Source: Candidatus Thorarchaeota archaeon (GTDB taxonomy: Archaea > Asgardarchaeota > Thorarchaeia > Thorarchaeales > Thorarchaeaceae). Taken from it: a DNA stretch of 43,134 nt. Where the stretch lies: NCBI GenBank assembly GCA_030593165.1, contig JAUVHR010000002.1, positions 1-43,134 on the forward strand, in the 5' to 3' direction. The translations under genes were made by a program, and so were the position numbers. The first letter of the stretch is position 1. Each line of letters begins with the position of its first letter. Below are positions 1-10,200 of the stretch, piece by piece. The notes beneath the pieces were generated by a model. The model did not search any database. It was not told where the DNA came from and saw nothing but the letters and a program-made list of their open reading frames with translations.

Positions 1-645
1 GACCCTTTTGTACGAATGGCTATGAAACTAGGTTTCTCAGGGATTGCAGTTAGCTCCAAGCTGGACCATCCAATCGTCAGGTTGGAAAACGGTTTCTTGA
101 TTTTAAAAAGAACCCAGTTGAACACTGAATCACTCGCATCTGCCAAGAAACAGATAGGTCATGTCCGCAGAAAATCTGCCATTGTAACGGTTCCGTTAGA
201 CAATATTCAGGTTTCAAACTGGGCAGCAGAAGATACTAGAGTGGACCTCCTGACTATAACCCATAATCAAGGTATCTCACTCAAACACACCACCGCAAAG
301 CTCGCCTCAGCATCAGGGACAGCACTGGAGATACCTATAGCACCATTGCTTCTGAAGAATGGTCTTGATAGATCCAAGGTCATCAAGGTCTATCGAGAAA
401 CTGCAAGAACTGCTGCCAGTGCAGGGATGCGAATTGTCCTGACAAGTGGATCTAATCAGCCAATACTCATGAGATCATCAATGGCAATGCGATACATTGG
501 ACTACTTCTTGGTCTTGATTTTGCCTTTTTGGGAACTGTGGTTAATGAAATACCCGACTTGATTGTCAAGCAGAACCAGCGAAAACTGGATGATGACTTT
601 ATTGCGCCAGGGGTAGAAGTTGTCAAGGAGGGCGCTGAAGAGTGA
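1..645 (+). CDS. rnp3: RNase P protein component 3 (Rpp30/Rnp3 family), probably 5'-partial
   Basis: The frame of ORF 16..645 stays open back to base 1. Rpp30-like blocks are visible ('VDLLTITH', 'SGTALEIPIAPLL', 'GMRIVLTSGSNQPILMRS'). A GTGA overlap joins it to a Pop5-like ORF, which is the conserved archaeal Rpp30-Pop5 pair. Confidence 0.7.
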   Translation, partial: DPFVRMAMKLGFSGIAVSSKLDHPIVRLENGFLILKRTQLNTESLASAKKQIGHVRRKSAIVTVPLDNIQVSNWAAEDTRVDLLTITHNQGISLKHTTAKLASASGTALEIPIAPLLLKNGLDRSKVIKVYRETARTAASAGMRIVLTSGSNQPILMRSSMAMRYIGLLLGLDFAFLGTVVNEIPDLIVKQNQRKLDDDFIAPGVEVVKEGAEE

Positions 646-947
646 CGAAGAACAATAAACGCTATGTCAGATTCTTATTGCACCGCGAAGGTACTCTGGT
701 GAGCAATCGACAACTGACAACAGCAATCCGCAGGATACTGCTCTCTCTCTTCGGCGAAGTGTCTGTTGCAGATTCCAAGTTCTTTCTCACCGAATATGAT
801 GAGGAAACTGGAATTGGAGTGCTTCAATGCAGTACACTTTCCCTAGCGCAAGTGATGACTTCGACCGCATTAATCAGCTTAATCGGCGAATCCCGTGTAT
901 CATTTCAGCCCAAGAAGACCTCTGGAACCATCAAAGGTCTAAGATAG
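642..947 (+). CDS. rnp2: RNase P protein component 2 (Pop5/Rnp2 family)
   Basis: 101 aa. Pop5-like pattern: 'KRYVRFLL', 'LFGEVSVADSKFFLTEYDEETGIGVLQC', C-terminal 'TSGTIKG'. It overlaps the Rpp30 stop by 4 nt. Confidence 0.75.
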   Translation: MTKNNKRYVRFLLHREGTLVSNRQLTTAIRRILLSLFGEVSVADSKFFLTEYDEETGIGVLQCSTLSLAQVMTSTALISLIGESRVSFQPKKTSGTIKGLR

Positions 948-956
948 TCGTACTGT

Positions 957-1388
957 TCAGTGGAGAACGATTGGAATCTCCATCGGGGAACCATTGGCAA
1001 GAATGAAAGCTCTGTAAACCCACTCGCCTGTGCTCTTTGATGCAATCAGCCAGATAACTGGATTGAGCTGCATGTTTCGAATGTCCCTTGACGAAGGTTG
1101 TGGTAGAGCAGGATGAGAATGGAAGATTGCGACCAAGTGCTCGTCACGGGATTCGGCATTCAGCATAAGTTTCCACTGTTCTTCAGGGTTCACCATGAAT
1201 GATGTCCTACCTGAATCGGAAACATTCTGCACTTGTTCCACACCGGTGACTACACAGGTGCTTTGTTCATACCTTCCAAAGAGAAGGGCGACAGACTCCA
1301 GTGGCAAATCCGCTTCTGCGTAAAGCAGCAGTTGTTGGATGTCCTTGCCGCAGATTCGTAGCTTGGTTTGTTTCAACTGCGATTCCAA
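957..1388 (-). CDS. JAB/MPN (JAMM) domain metalloprotease
   Basis: The JAMM metal site 'FHSHPALPQPSSRD' (HxHx7Sx2D) is present, with an upstream conserved Glu in 'PLESVALLFG'. 143 aa, a stand-alone MPN size. Confidence 0.8.
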   Translation of the reverse strand: MESQLKQTKLRICGKDIQQLLLYAEADLPLESVALLFGRYEQSTCVVTGVEQVQNVSDSGRTSFMVNPEEQWKLMLNAESRDEHLVAIFHSHPALPQPSSRDIRNMQLNPVIWLIASKSTGEWVYRAFILANGSPMEIPIVLH

Positions 1389-1391
1389 GCC

Positions 1392-1829
1392 TTAGAATAC
1401 GGATTTTATGTCCTCAAGGACTATACATGTTTCAACCTCGCCAACACCAGGTAGTCGTCCAAGCCGCTTTTCCAAGAACTGTCTGAGCTCGGAGAGGTCT
1501 TTTACTGTCACCTTCAACATGAGTCCACATGCACCATCAAGGAAGAAAGCCTCACTTACCTCTTCGAAGTCCTTGACCTTGTCGGCAATTGCAGATGCTT
1601 GTTTCATCATTGTCTTGACCCTAATCACTGCACGAATCTGTTTGCCAGTCTTCAGTGGATCAATCACAACAGTGAATCTTATGATTATCCCTTGTTTGAG
1701 AAGACGTCTTACGCGACGTCGTATTGTGACTTCAGTGCGCTCCGTCTTCTCAGCAATGTCTGAAAAGGATCTTCTCCCATCCTCCTGCAGCATGGAGATT
1801 ATTTGTTCGTCTATTGGATCAAGCTTCAA
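1392..1829 (-). CDS. Lrp/AsnC family transcriptional regulator
   Basis: 145 aa. N-terminal HTH ('RRSFSDIAEKTERTEVTIRRRVRRLLKQGII') followed by a C-terminal RAM-like domain. Confidence 0.85.
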   Translation of the reverse strand: MKLDPIDEQIISMLQEDGRRSFSDIAEKTERTEVTIRRRVRRLLKQGIIIRFTVVIDPLKTGKQIRAVIRVKTMMKQASAIADKVKDFEEVSEAFFLDGACGLMLKVTVKDLSELRQFLEKRLGRLPGVGEVETCIVLEDIKSVF

Positions 1830-1949
1830 GATGATAGCCTCGATTCTAGAACGGATTGGCGCGAGCTAGTTATCGTACATATACCTTCCGAAATATGAAC
1901 GATTCCGAAAGCTTTGATGTATCATATAGAACAGAACCTAGTGTCTGCC

Positions 1950-2786
1950 TTAGAGAACTCGCATCTCATCGTGCAGAATTCTATCCTCTCTACTGGCCAT
2001 CACAGCATATAGTTCAATGTGCTCAACAAGCTGGGTTGCGCTTCGAATCTTACGCTCTAGGAGCTCCTGTATCTGGAAGATTCCTGATACGTTGTTCATC
2101 ACGACCTCAATTCTTACGGTCTTCTCCTCGCCCTTCTTTATGATGACTCGTTCGATTGACATAGCTGATGCTGAATGGATGTTCACACTACCTGCCTCAA
2201 AGGGTATTCGTGCCCGACCCTTTGTCATGTCAGTTGCATCAGCGATTCCTGTTACGCCTGCTTCAACTGTTTCGGGACGAACGTGCTTGTCATGACAGTA
2301 AATCGCATGGAGAATCTGTCCTCTGACGTGCACACATTTGTGGATGTTTCGTGGGTAGACCTTTGCCAGAATTCTATCCAAGATTGGTGTTGCCAAGGCC
2401 ACTGAGAATATGTGATGTTCATCTCTGTGTATTCCCATTCCTATGTCGTGTAGGTAGCAGGACATCAGTACTATGAGCTGTGCATCTTCAAATGAGCCAG
2501 TCCCTTCCTTAACAATTGTCGGCTCAATTCCTGAGCGAAGTGTGTTCAAGAGTTTCATGCCGTTCATACTCACTATGAGTGAGTGAGTATGGCCATGGTC
2601 TGAGTAGCCCATCCGGTCAATTGCCATTCTGTTTGAGTCTTCCAACATTGTTTGGACTTCTATATCTCTCTCAAGTAAATCGAATGCAGTGGTACAGAGT
2701 TTGTTGTCCTTGAAGAGTTTCCTAACTCTCTCCTTCAGGGGATGCTTTGTCTTATTCCTTGATTTCTTAGGTTGTTTCCTAGTCAT
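1950..2786 (-). CDS. HD-domain metal-dependent phosphohydrolase
   Basis: 'SDHGHTHS' and 'YLHDIGMGIH' give the H..HD signature. I placed the start at ATG 2786, which has a GGGGGT Shine-Dalgarno-like box 9 nt upstream. The longest ORF runs to 2852. Confidence 0.65.
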   Translation of the reverse strand: MTRKQPKKSRNKTKHPLKERVRKLFKDNKLCTTAFDLLERDIEVQTMLEDSNRMAIDRMGYSDHGHTHSLIVSMNGMKLLNTLRSGIEPTIVKEGTGSFEDAQLIVLMSCYLHDIGMGIHRDEHHIFSVALATPILDRILAKVYPRNIHKCVHVRGQILHAIYCHDKHVRPETVEAGVTGIADATDMTKGRARIPFEAGSVNIHSASAMSIERVIIKKGEEKTVRIEVVMNNVSGIFQIQELLERKIRSATQLVEHIELYAVMASREDRILHDEMRVL

Positions 2787-3156
2787 ATTGCTGGTACCCC
2801 CTCGTTCTTTTCTAATGTATCCTGCCCCTCTTAGAGATATTTCTTTGCACAACCAAATAGTAGTGTACGTTTTCGATCTTGGTCCAGAATTCTATCAGAT
2901 TCTGTTTGGGAGTTATTCATTGGACCCAAGGAGTAGGGTGGATTGATTACGAGTATTTCCAGTTACATGAAAATTATGTTTTTGATTGCTTTATTATCTA
3001 TAGGTTGGTGCACACCTTCACTCTGCATTTCTAGGAGTGAAACTGATCACGTACATCCCATTAGTACATCTAATCAACATGAATCAAGAGAAGGGAGTTG
3101 TCCTGAAGTCAGTTGATATTCAACTACGCAGATTGTACCTGTACTGGTTTTTCCTC

Positions 3157-4005
3157 TTAATCTGACTGAGACTTCGACTTGGTACTAGAGGTCCTCACAA
3201 AATAGACAGTGATGAGTGTAAGATAAGCAGCATAGGCAATGACTTCCAGAGCGGATGGGTTCCCATTGTATCCAAGGAGTGCCTTTGCTAGTCCTCCGAT
3301 TAGCCCTTTGTCATGCAAGAGAGGATAACTTCCATCAGGAAGTAGTGGAGGATTGATGTTCCACACCTCAAGTGGACCGATTAGAAGTAATCCTGCCTCC
3401 TGCAACTCATGTATGCCATATGCAATCATCCCAGCTGCAAAGAGAACAAGGAGAACAGATGTCCAGTGGAAGAATGATTTGAAACTTATCCTTAGAGAAC
3501 CTTGGTATAATGCCGCACCTGTTATGGCGGCCAAAGCTAGACCTAGGGCCACACCCACATATGTTACAGCTCCATCTTGTATAGCAAGAGCAGCAGCAAA
3601 GAGTACAATCTCCACACCTTCACGCAGGACTAGGGCAAATGCCAGCATTGCCAGGCCAAGACCACTCTCACGTTTGGTACTTGTTCTCATTGAGTCTTCA
3701 ATCTCAGAAGTTATTCGTGAACCTGCGTTCCGCATCCATATTATCATAGTCGTCAGTAGAAGTGCAGCAATTAGGACTACAGAACCTTCAAACATATTGA
3801 GCATTGGTCCTTCAAAGACTCCCCATACCATGGCCATTATGAGAGCAATCGAGATACTTGCTGCAATAGCCAGTACCGTTCCAGCCAATACGTAACGTTT
3901 CAGATCAGTCCGATTTATTTTCCTTAGGTAGAGTAGCATTATCGAAAGGACCAAAGCTATCTCGATACCCTCGCGTAGTGCAATAATTGTGGGTGTGATT
4001 ATCAT
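3157..4005 (-). CDS. FTR1/EfeU-family high-affinity iron permease
   Basis: Two REGxE motifs ('REGIEIALVL', 'REGVEIVLF') lie in a polytopic membrane protein of 282 aa. Confidence 0.8.
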   Translation of the reverse strand: MIITPTIIALREGIEIALVLSIMLLYLRKINRTDLKRYVLAGTVLAIAASISIALIMAMVWGVFEGPMLNMFEGSVVLIAALLLTTMIIWMRNAGSRITSEIEDSMRTSTKRESGLGLAMLAFALVLREGVEIVLFAAALAIQDGAVTYVGVALGLALAAITGAALYQGSLRISFKSFFHWTSVLLVLFAAGMIAYGIHELQEAGLLLIGPLEVWNINPPLLPDGSYPLLHDKGLIGGLAKALLGYNGNPSALEVIAYAAYLTLITVYFVRTSSTKSKSQSD

Positions 4006-4182
4006 TTTGACCAGTTCCTGTGTTCAGTTATGTTCACTATAGTTAAATATTATTGGATTAGTCCTAATTGGCTTACATTATTGTCATCTCTTTGACTCTT
4101 AGGTCGAAAGAAATAGTGATTGTTTGATTAAAGCGTGAAAAATACCCCTATTATAGGAAAAACGACTCAGAGTAGATGACAG

Positions 4183-4674
4183 GTGATTGTGTTGAATGAA
4201 TTGAGTGGCTCAATAAGCAAATCTCGATATCTTTTCGAGGTTATCTACAGACCAATTATGTGGGGAGTGGGAACAGCAGCTCTGGTGTGGATTGGGTTCT
4301 CAGAAATTGATATGTTAACTGCATTCTTTGTAGGACTCTGTGTTGGTCTGGTACATGATTTGTATCTTGTGAGCATTGGAGTAATGGCGTATAAGCCGAG
4401 GATAGTTGGAATAGCTTATCATAACAAATTTGTTGAAGCGATGAAACTCTTTGAAGCAAGGAAATGGCAGCAAGCATTAGATTTGCTTGAGGAAATCTTG
4501 GAAGTGGACCCTCTGGCCAAAGAACCATTGTATTTCGCGATAAAGTGTTCGGAAAACTTGGAAAGGTGGGACCTATTATCAATGTACTCTGAAAGATATC
4601 TGAAACAATACCCTGATGATCAAGAAGTGCAAGACAGACTGAGATTGGCCTTGGATTGGATGAATAATACCTGA
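4183..4674 (+). CDS. Hypothetical membrane protein with a C-terminal TPR-like helical region
   Basis: 163-aa ORF with a GTG start. It has two hydrophobic helices near the N-terminus and then helical-repeat-like sequence. No family was recognised. Confidence 0.45.
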   Translation: MIVLNELSGSISKSRYLFEVIYRPIMWGVGTAALVWIGFSEIDMLTAFFVGLCVGLVHDLYLVSIGVMAYKPRIVGIAYHNKFVEAMKLFEARKWQQALDLLEEILEVDPLAKEPLYFAIKCSENLERWDLLSMYSERYLKQYPDDQEVQDRLRLALDWMNNT

Positions 4675-4692
4675 AGGGCATTAGTGTTATTG

Positions 4693-5103
4693 TTAGAGTC
4701 TAATCGGGTTCGGTCCTATCGCTCTTATCTCATCTGCGAACTCGTTGATATACGCCGCAAACTTGTCACCCTCCGCCGCTGACACCATCACCATCCTCAC
4801 GCGACCCTCATTCATTCCTAACTGGCCAACAAGCTTCTTTGCGAATCTGACTCTCCGTTCTGCCCCCAAGTTACCAGTCTTGTACGCACAGTCGCCAGGA
4901 TGACACCCTATGACCAGCACGCCGTCCGCACCCTCCTGCAGCGCCTTCAAGATGAAGTTGATGTCCAGCCTCGCGGTGCACGGCATTCTGATTATCCGCA
5001 CAGTGCCGTCGTACTGTAACTTCATCGTCCCCGCTAAATCGCTCGCTGCATACATACATTGCATACATCCCATGGCTATGATTTTCATGTCCTTCGGGGG
5101 CAT
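4693..5103 (-). CDS. mvhD: Methyl-viologen-reducing hydrogenase delta subunit (MvhD/FlpD family), stand-alone
   Basis: 136 aa. MvhD pattern: 'IIAMGCMQCMYAASDLAG', 'RIIRMPCTARLD', 'GADGVLVIGCHPGDCAY'. Confidence 0.85.
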   Translation of the reverse strand: MPPKDMKIIAMGCMQCMYAASDLAGTMKLQYDGTVRIIRMPCTARLDINFILKALQEGADGVLVIGCHPGDCAYKTGNLGAERRVRFAKKLVGQLGMNEGRVRMVMVSAAEGDKFAAYINEFADEIRAIGPNPIRL

Positions 5104-5213
5104 AATGAAGTCATTCCTTTAGCAGATGGATTTACGCTCATCTCTACCCGCCATATAATCTTTCAGATTAGTAGGAGGATTTTGATACGATCGGCTGCAT
5201 GCACTGACCTGTT

Positions 5214-7064
5214 TTAAGAGTCTAAGAAAGGTGAGTGAACACCCTCTAGAACCTTCGACTTCCGTGTTCCACCCTTCCCATGACAGTCGTCACCAACTGG
5301 AACCAAGGCCGCCCCTGGTCCTTCGTCACAGGCTTCATCCGAATTCATTGGAGCTTCACTCCTCTTTGCAGATTGAGCTTCTGTTCGCTGCACTGAGTTA
5401 CCACTGCTGTCAGATGCCTTTTGGGCGTCAATGGTGGCAGACGATGTTTCCACGGTTTTTTCCATGGCAGGATCGGTAGTGTCGTCAAACGACTCAAGAG
5501 CGGCTTGAATATGACACTCAACCACGGACCGTCCCCTTGAAGCTGACAGCTTCGAGGACGATGAGGACTTCCCTTTAGAGCGCGAACTCCTCCAGGTCTT
5601 CGGGGGATATCTCTCCTTCTCGCGAGGGAGAAGCCAACCCCCTAGTCCATTGGTCTCATCCCGTAAACGGGGAATGAGCTTGATGAGGCGCCTAGCTATG
5701 TTGATGGCACCATTCTTGTCGGCATTGTCGCGATAGCCGCAGGTGTGACAGATGAACAGGGACTGTTTCGGACGGATTCCGATGTGTCCACATTTGTGAC
5801 AGGTCTTGCTTGTCCAATACTCCAAGACTGGAATGAATCGAGAATCTCTCCCCTTCACCTTCCAACCGTGCCTTGTGAGGGAGTGTTTCAAGCCATCGCT
5901 GATTCTAGCAAATGACCATCTCGCCATCAATGCACGAAAGGCTTTGGGTTTCTTACTATCCCTACCAGCTTTCCTCCGAATGTGGGTCAGCTTGCCTATG
6001 GCCACGTAGAGGTCATACTTCTCGGACAACTCAATGATATGGTCTGTGAGTCGTTTGACAAGTACTCTGTCGTGGTCAACACTGATTCGGAGTCTTCGAC
6101 CGCGCAAGCTGCGAAGCTTTCTGACGACCCCGTCTGCTGGTTGACCATTGTTCAGGTGGGTATCCATCTCTCTCTGGAGAGTTGACACGAGATCATCGTA
6201 CTTCTTGATTCTCTTGGCCTTCTCAGGTTGCGTGAAATATCTCACATGTCTGAGCCTAGTCTGAGTCAGAAGAACGGAACAGACGGCTTTGTTGATTCCG
6301 AGATCGATACCCAGTACTGCGGGCGGCTTGTGTGAGCTGTCTTTCTGTGCAGTTTCAACTCTTACAGAGAATACTACCCACCACTTCCGTCTTGAGTCCT
6401 TGAAGAAACGAAGTGATGTCACCCGTCCCTCTTTCAGTCTGTTGAGATGGTAGGAAGACGGGTTCAAGGGAATCATTAGCTTGTCGTGTAACCGTCCCTC
6501 TCTTTGGGCCGAATCAAGGGAGTCCTGAAGCTCGACCCAGTGTTTAACTTCCGATTTTGGAGTATAGACTATCTTGAACCGTCTGTTGAAGACATAGCGC
6601 GGTAGCTTGTGTGGTTTGTAACCACGGGACTTGAGGGGAGGTTCACCCCCGAGTTCAAGATAGCTCTGCCACATGGCGACTGCTACCTGTCTGCATTCCT
6701 GTAGCTCATTCAGTGAGATATTCGGAAATCGCTCCTTGAAGTCGTGAGGGACAACCAGTCTTCGTTGTGATTCCTTCTTGAACCTCTTCGCAGTGAGAGT
6801 CAGCTTCTCGAGCTTTGCTCCACTGATTCTCTTTTTCCTTTTGCCGACAATTAGTTCATCTTCGCGACGCGCAATCACCCCAAGAAAAGCACGAATCACC
6901 CGAGTGTCCCTGCCGGTTATCCTTGACAGACGAGTACGTTGCCTCTCTGTCATGGATTCCCACTTGATAGGAACCTTAACACTGATGATTGTCTTACTGG
7001 AATGACCCAAGCGTTTCACCTTTCCATATAAATCTCCGACCTGTTTCCGGTCAGAGGGTTTCAC
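5214..7064 (-). CDS. tnpB: TnpB-like (IS200/IS605 OrfB / IS1341-type) protein, possibly catalytically impaired
   Basis: RuvC-I 'VLGIDLG' (D254), Zn ribbon 'CHKCGH..CHTCGY' and RuvC-III 'RDNADKNGAINIARR' (D449) are all present. The RuvC-II position reads 'VAIGKL' (G357) instead of an xxExL motif. At 616 aa it is longer than typical TnpB. Confidence 0.85.
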   Translation of the reverse strand: MKPSDRKQVGDLYGKVKRLGHSSKTIISVKVPIKWESMTERQRTRLSRITGRDTRVIRAFLGVIARREDELIVGKRKKRISGAKLEKLTLTAKRFKKESQRRLVVPHDFKERFPNISLNELQECRQVAVAMWQSYLELGGEPPLKSRGYKPHKLPRYVFNRRFKIVYTPKSEVKHWVELQDSLDSAQREGRLHDKLMIPLNPSSYHLNRLKEGRVTSLRFFKDSRRKWWVVFSVRVETAQKDSSHKPPAVLGIDLGINKAVCSVLLTQTRLRHVRYFTQPEKAKRIKKYDDLVSTLQREMDTHLNNGQPADGVVRKLRSLRGRRLRISVDHDRVLVKRLTDHIIELSEKYDLYVAIGKLTHIRRKAGRDSKKPKAFRALMARWSFARISDGLKHSLTRHGWKVKGRDSRFIPVLEYWTSKTCHKCGHIGIRPKQSLFICHTCGYRDNADKNGAINIARRLIKLIPRLRDETNGLGGWLLPREKERYPPKTWRSSRSKGKSSSSSKLSASRGRSVVECHIQAALESFDDTTDPAMEKTVETSSATIDAQKASDSSGNSVQRTEAQSAKRSEAPMNSDEACDEGPGAALVPVGDDCHGKGGTRKSKVLEGVHSPFLDS

Positions 7065-7085
7065 TCAACATCCTTTGTGGATGTT
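5214..7085 (-). mobile_element. Possible IS1341-like (tnpB-only) element or a domesticated remnant; ends not determined
   Basis: It consists of the TnpB-like ORF plus a hairpin (AACATCC-TTTGT-GGATGTT, 7067-7085) just upstream of the start codon. No TnpA (Y1) ORF was found, and no terminal repeats could be identified by eye. Confidence 0.3.
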
Positions 7086-7213
7086 AGGTGATAATCTCCA
7101 CACTTTCATAGAATCAATACCATATAAATCTATGAAGATTATTTGATTAAACTGTGATGTGATGGGCCCACATGGCGCCTAGCTAGGTAATTTGACTACG
7201 AAAAGACCGCGCC

Positions 7214-7222
7214 TTTATATAA
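7214..7222 (+). promoter_or_regulatory. TATA-box-like element (TTTATATAA) upstream of the giant gene
   Basis: The box is only 7 nt from ATG 7229. It sits about 25 nt upstream of the in-frame ATG at 7244, which fits a leaderless transcript starting at M6 ('MASEG..'). Confidence 0.4.
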
Positions 7223-7228
7223 TAAGAC

Positions 7229-10200
7229 ATGAAATGTTATCCTATGGCCTCAGAGGGCACAGAGAAGAGCAGTCCGTCATACCCCTATAGTCCAGCCCGG
7301 GTCATAGCCCGAGCCTACCTCAACGGTCTCTCATCCCTCAGGAATCTTCTACGCGAGCGAGTCACAAAGGACACGAAGGATGTCTACACCCGCACTCAGA
7401 ATCTATGGACCGGGGCCATGAAGAAATGGGAGGAGAGCAAGAAGAGTGGTGACCGTGACTTCTCACACATAACTGGTGTAGAGAGGCACATGAGGCGAAA
7501 CTTCTACGAGATGATCTGGAAGACCACAGCCCCGTTTGGGAACAAGGAGTACAAGCGGGTCCGGAGTGAGAGAACGGGGCAGGTCGGTCGAATGAACCGG
7601 CTGATAAACATGGCCGGGGCGCAGCTGAGAAACTACGTGGTGACACGGTTCCCCTTCCCTGAACCTGAGGTGATTGGACAGAGAGGCGGGAAGCCCATCT
7701 TCGGGTACGGTGAGGATAGTACATTTGGATGGGTCGAGGTGTCACATGCGACTCTGGGAGAGCTTGACTTTGCGGACATGATCAGGTCACATGTTCTCGA
7801 GCTCTGTCGTAAGTGTTTCATCTATGATGTGCCGATGAACGCAGCCAGAAGGTATGTGAGTCTCCTCATCTGGCGGCTGTCACCATTCCTGGAGTATCTC
7901 TACACCTCTGGTGAGTCGGGAAGGTGGGGATTCGCAAGGTCGAGAAGAAAGGAGGGTAGAAAGAAGACAGGACCTGATGCGGATAAGATTCTGAGAGAGA
8001 TTGTGGCTGAGATCGAGTCGATCTATGGCACACGCACTGGTCGACCCAAGGTGGTCACCGAGTCTGTTGAGGCGTCCAGACAGACTCTGAACAAGTCCTT
8101 CTTCAAGGAACAGATAGAGGAGTTGAGGAGGGTCAAGAAGGATGTTTCAAGAGAAGAGAAGGAGTGCAAAGAGATCTGGGCGGACCTCTTGGACTGTTAC
8201 TGCAGGCGTGGTATTCTTCGTGATGAAGATGCCAAGAGGATGCAGGAGGAAACTGTCAGACGTGCCAGATGGCAAGGTATTCGCTGGCACAGGTTGATGT
8301 CGAACGGACTCCCACAACCATTCGGTCTGGAGTCTGTGGTTCTTGACGGGGACTCTCTGGCAGACGAGGGTGATGAGTGGCTGCTGGTAGCCGAGGTTCC
8401 TGTGACAACAGAGCTGGGAGAGGGGCGTGCGGACTTGGTCATGTTCAAGCGGTATGTGATCCAGAATCCAAGACTGCCATCTCAACTGGTAGTCTGGAAA
8501 CCTGTGGCAGTGTTTGACATCAAGAGTAAGACTGCTTTTGACTGGGAGATTATATCGAAGGAAAAGGTTTCAAAGAAGCATGGCAAGATGGCCATACCCG
8601 GATTCATCCTTCGGAGACGTTCTCTCACTGAGAGCGAGTGGGATGCCGCAGTCAAGGATACTCCCAGAAAGGATGAGAAACAACAGCTTGAAGCGTACGC
8701 CAAAGGGCTTGCGAAAGAATATGGTAAAATCACTGGTGATGTAACTCCGGTTTCGTCACTCACTGGGGTAATCGTTCTCGATACTACTCAGGACTCGGCT
8801 CAAGTTCGTCCTGTAATGTGGAAACTAGTCAAGGAGCTTTGTAGGAATGCTCCAGCTCAATTGCGACGTCGTCTGGATAAACATGTACTGATTGTCATTA
8901 AGGACGAAACCCTAGACTTGTTGAAACTCACAGCCGTGGTAAAGAGCAGTAAGGACCAGCTTGAGTTGATTAGTGAGAAGGGTCATCCACTGGAGACTGT
9001 AAGTCCCTATAGTCCCCATGACGAGTCTACCCAGAGCAGAAACGGGCGTTTCGTCCTATATCTTGCTGTTAACTCGGCATCAAGGTCTGGAATCTCTGCT
9101 ACGTGGATAGCAAGATACTGGCATGGGTTAAGGCTAGTTCAAGACCTCAAATCGGAGGTGTCCTGCTCCAAAGTGATATGGTTGGACCTAGCCGGAGATC
9201 TTGGACATGGACCCTTGGCTGAAACAAGATTGGGATTATCCCAACACCTTCAACAGATTCGTGAGCTGTTTCGCACATCCAAGATCCGGGACCTCTCTTC
9301 AGTTGTTCATGATTTTCTCTTCAGAGGACAATCACTACCCACCCTTGAGGAGATGATAGGAGAGGAGTTGGAGGGATTACGTGATCAAATCGTAGTTGTC
9401 AGTGGATGGAGTCTGTTAAGGAGTGTAGTGCCGCCTAGGCTTCGCTCCGCGCTCTCTGAGTTGGAACGTATCTTGGCTGTTGAGTTGAGGCAGACAGGAA
9501 CCACTGTAGTATGGTTTGGTGAGCCTGAGATAACAGAGCTCACTTCATCCCTGCATCAGAGAAGGTCAGTAATACCATTTGCCGACAGGTCATTTCTTAG
9601 TGGTGTGACCACAGACATTGTCTGGAATCTGCCCATCCGACCCTATGCTTCGGGCCAATTGACTCCTCTGCTTGATGACCTCAGAGTCATAGTCAGTGAG
9701 GATGGAACCAATGCATCCTTTGATCTGGTGGAGATTCAACCTCTTCAGAATTGGTCGTCGAGATTCTGGAATGTTACAAGGGAGTCTATCAGTTATTCAC
9801 CCCGCAAGAGGAGAGGTAGAAGTCCTATTCGAACAATCGATGTGTTGCAGGATGCTGCACTTCAAGAACAACTCATTCGAGATTCTTTGGAACTCGTACC
9901 ATGGTGTAGGAATTACTTGGAGGAGGAAGTAGTACAGGACGGCTCTTCAATGACTACCAAGCTGAAGACGTATTCCTTGAAAAGAGGTCTTGGAACACGT
10001 ACATCTGGGGGACATCGTCTGACATACAGGACGAGGATGCCAACTTCTAGACACGGGAAGTCCTACATGCCTCTGAGAGATATTATCCCAAAGGCACTGA
10101 TTACACATCATCGCGGCTACAGGGAGATTCTAACTCCTACCAGCAACAAGAAGAGCGTTCATAGGCCGCCTAATGAGGCTCTGGTGAGATTTCACGGATT

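Noticed and set aside
1408-1869. 153-aa + strand ORF antisense to the Lrp/AsnC gene. Similar antisense ORFs occur at 3353..3895, 7362..7745, 12781..13272, 14236..14682, 22901..23368, 29327..29650, 33252..33764 and 39237..39764.
   Set aside because: Each lies wholly inside a longer opposite-strand ORF that has clear family motifs. Their sequences are low-complexity (S/R/P/L-rich), as expected for shadow ORFs.
3462-3472. An extra ORB-core match, TCCAGTGGAAG, inside the FTR1 gene, and CCAGTGGAA at 38492-38500 inside glmM.
   Set aside because: These are single isolated copies inside coding sequence. The glmM copy encodes the conserved 'GTSGIRG' motif. There is no clustering and no adjacent orc1, so they are most likely chance matches.
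5214-5600. The Ser/Lys-rich C-terminal ~130 aa of the TnpB-like ORF as non-coding omega-RNA sequence that merely stays open by chance.
   Set aside because: I cannot decide this from sequence alone. The frame stays open for about 390 nt, which argues for coding, so I kept the full ORF and flagged the region for omega-RNA searches instead.
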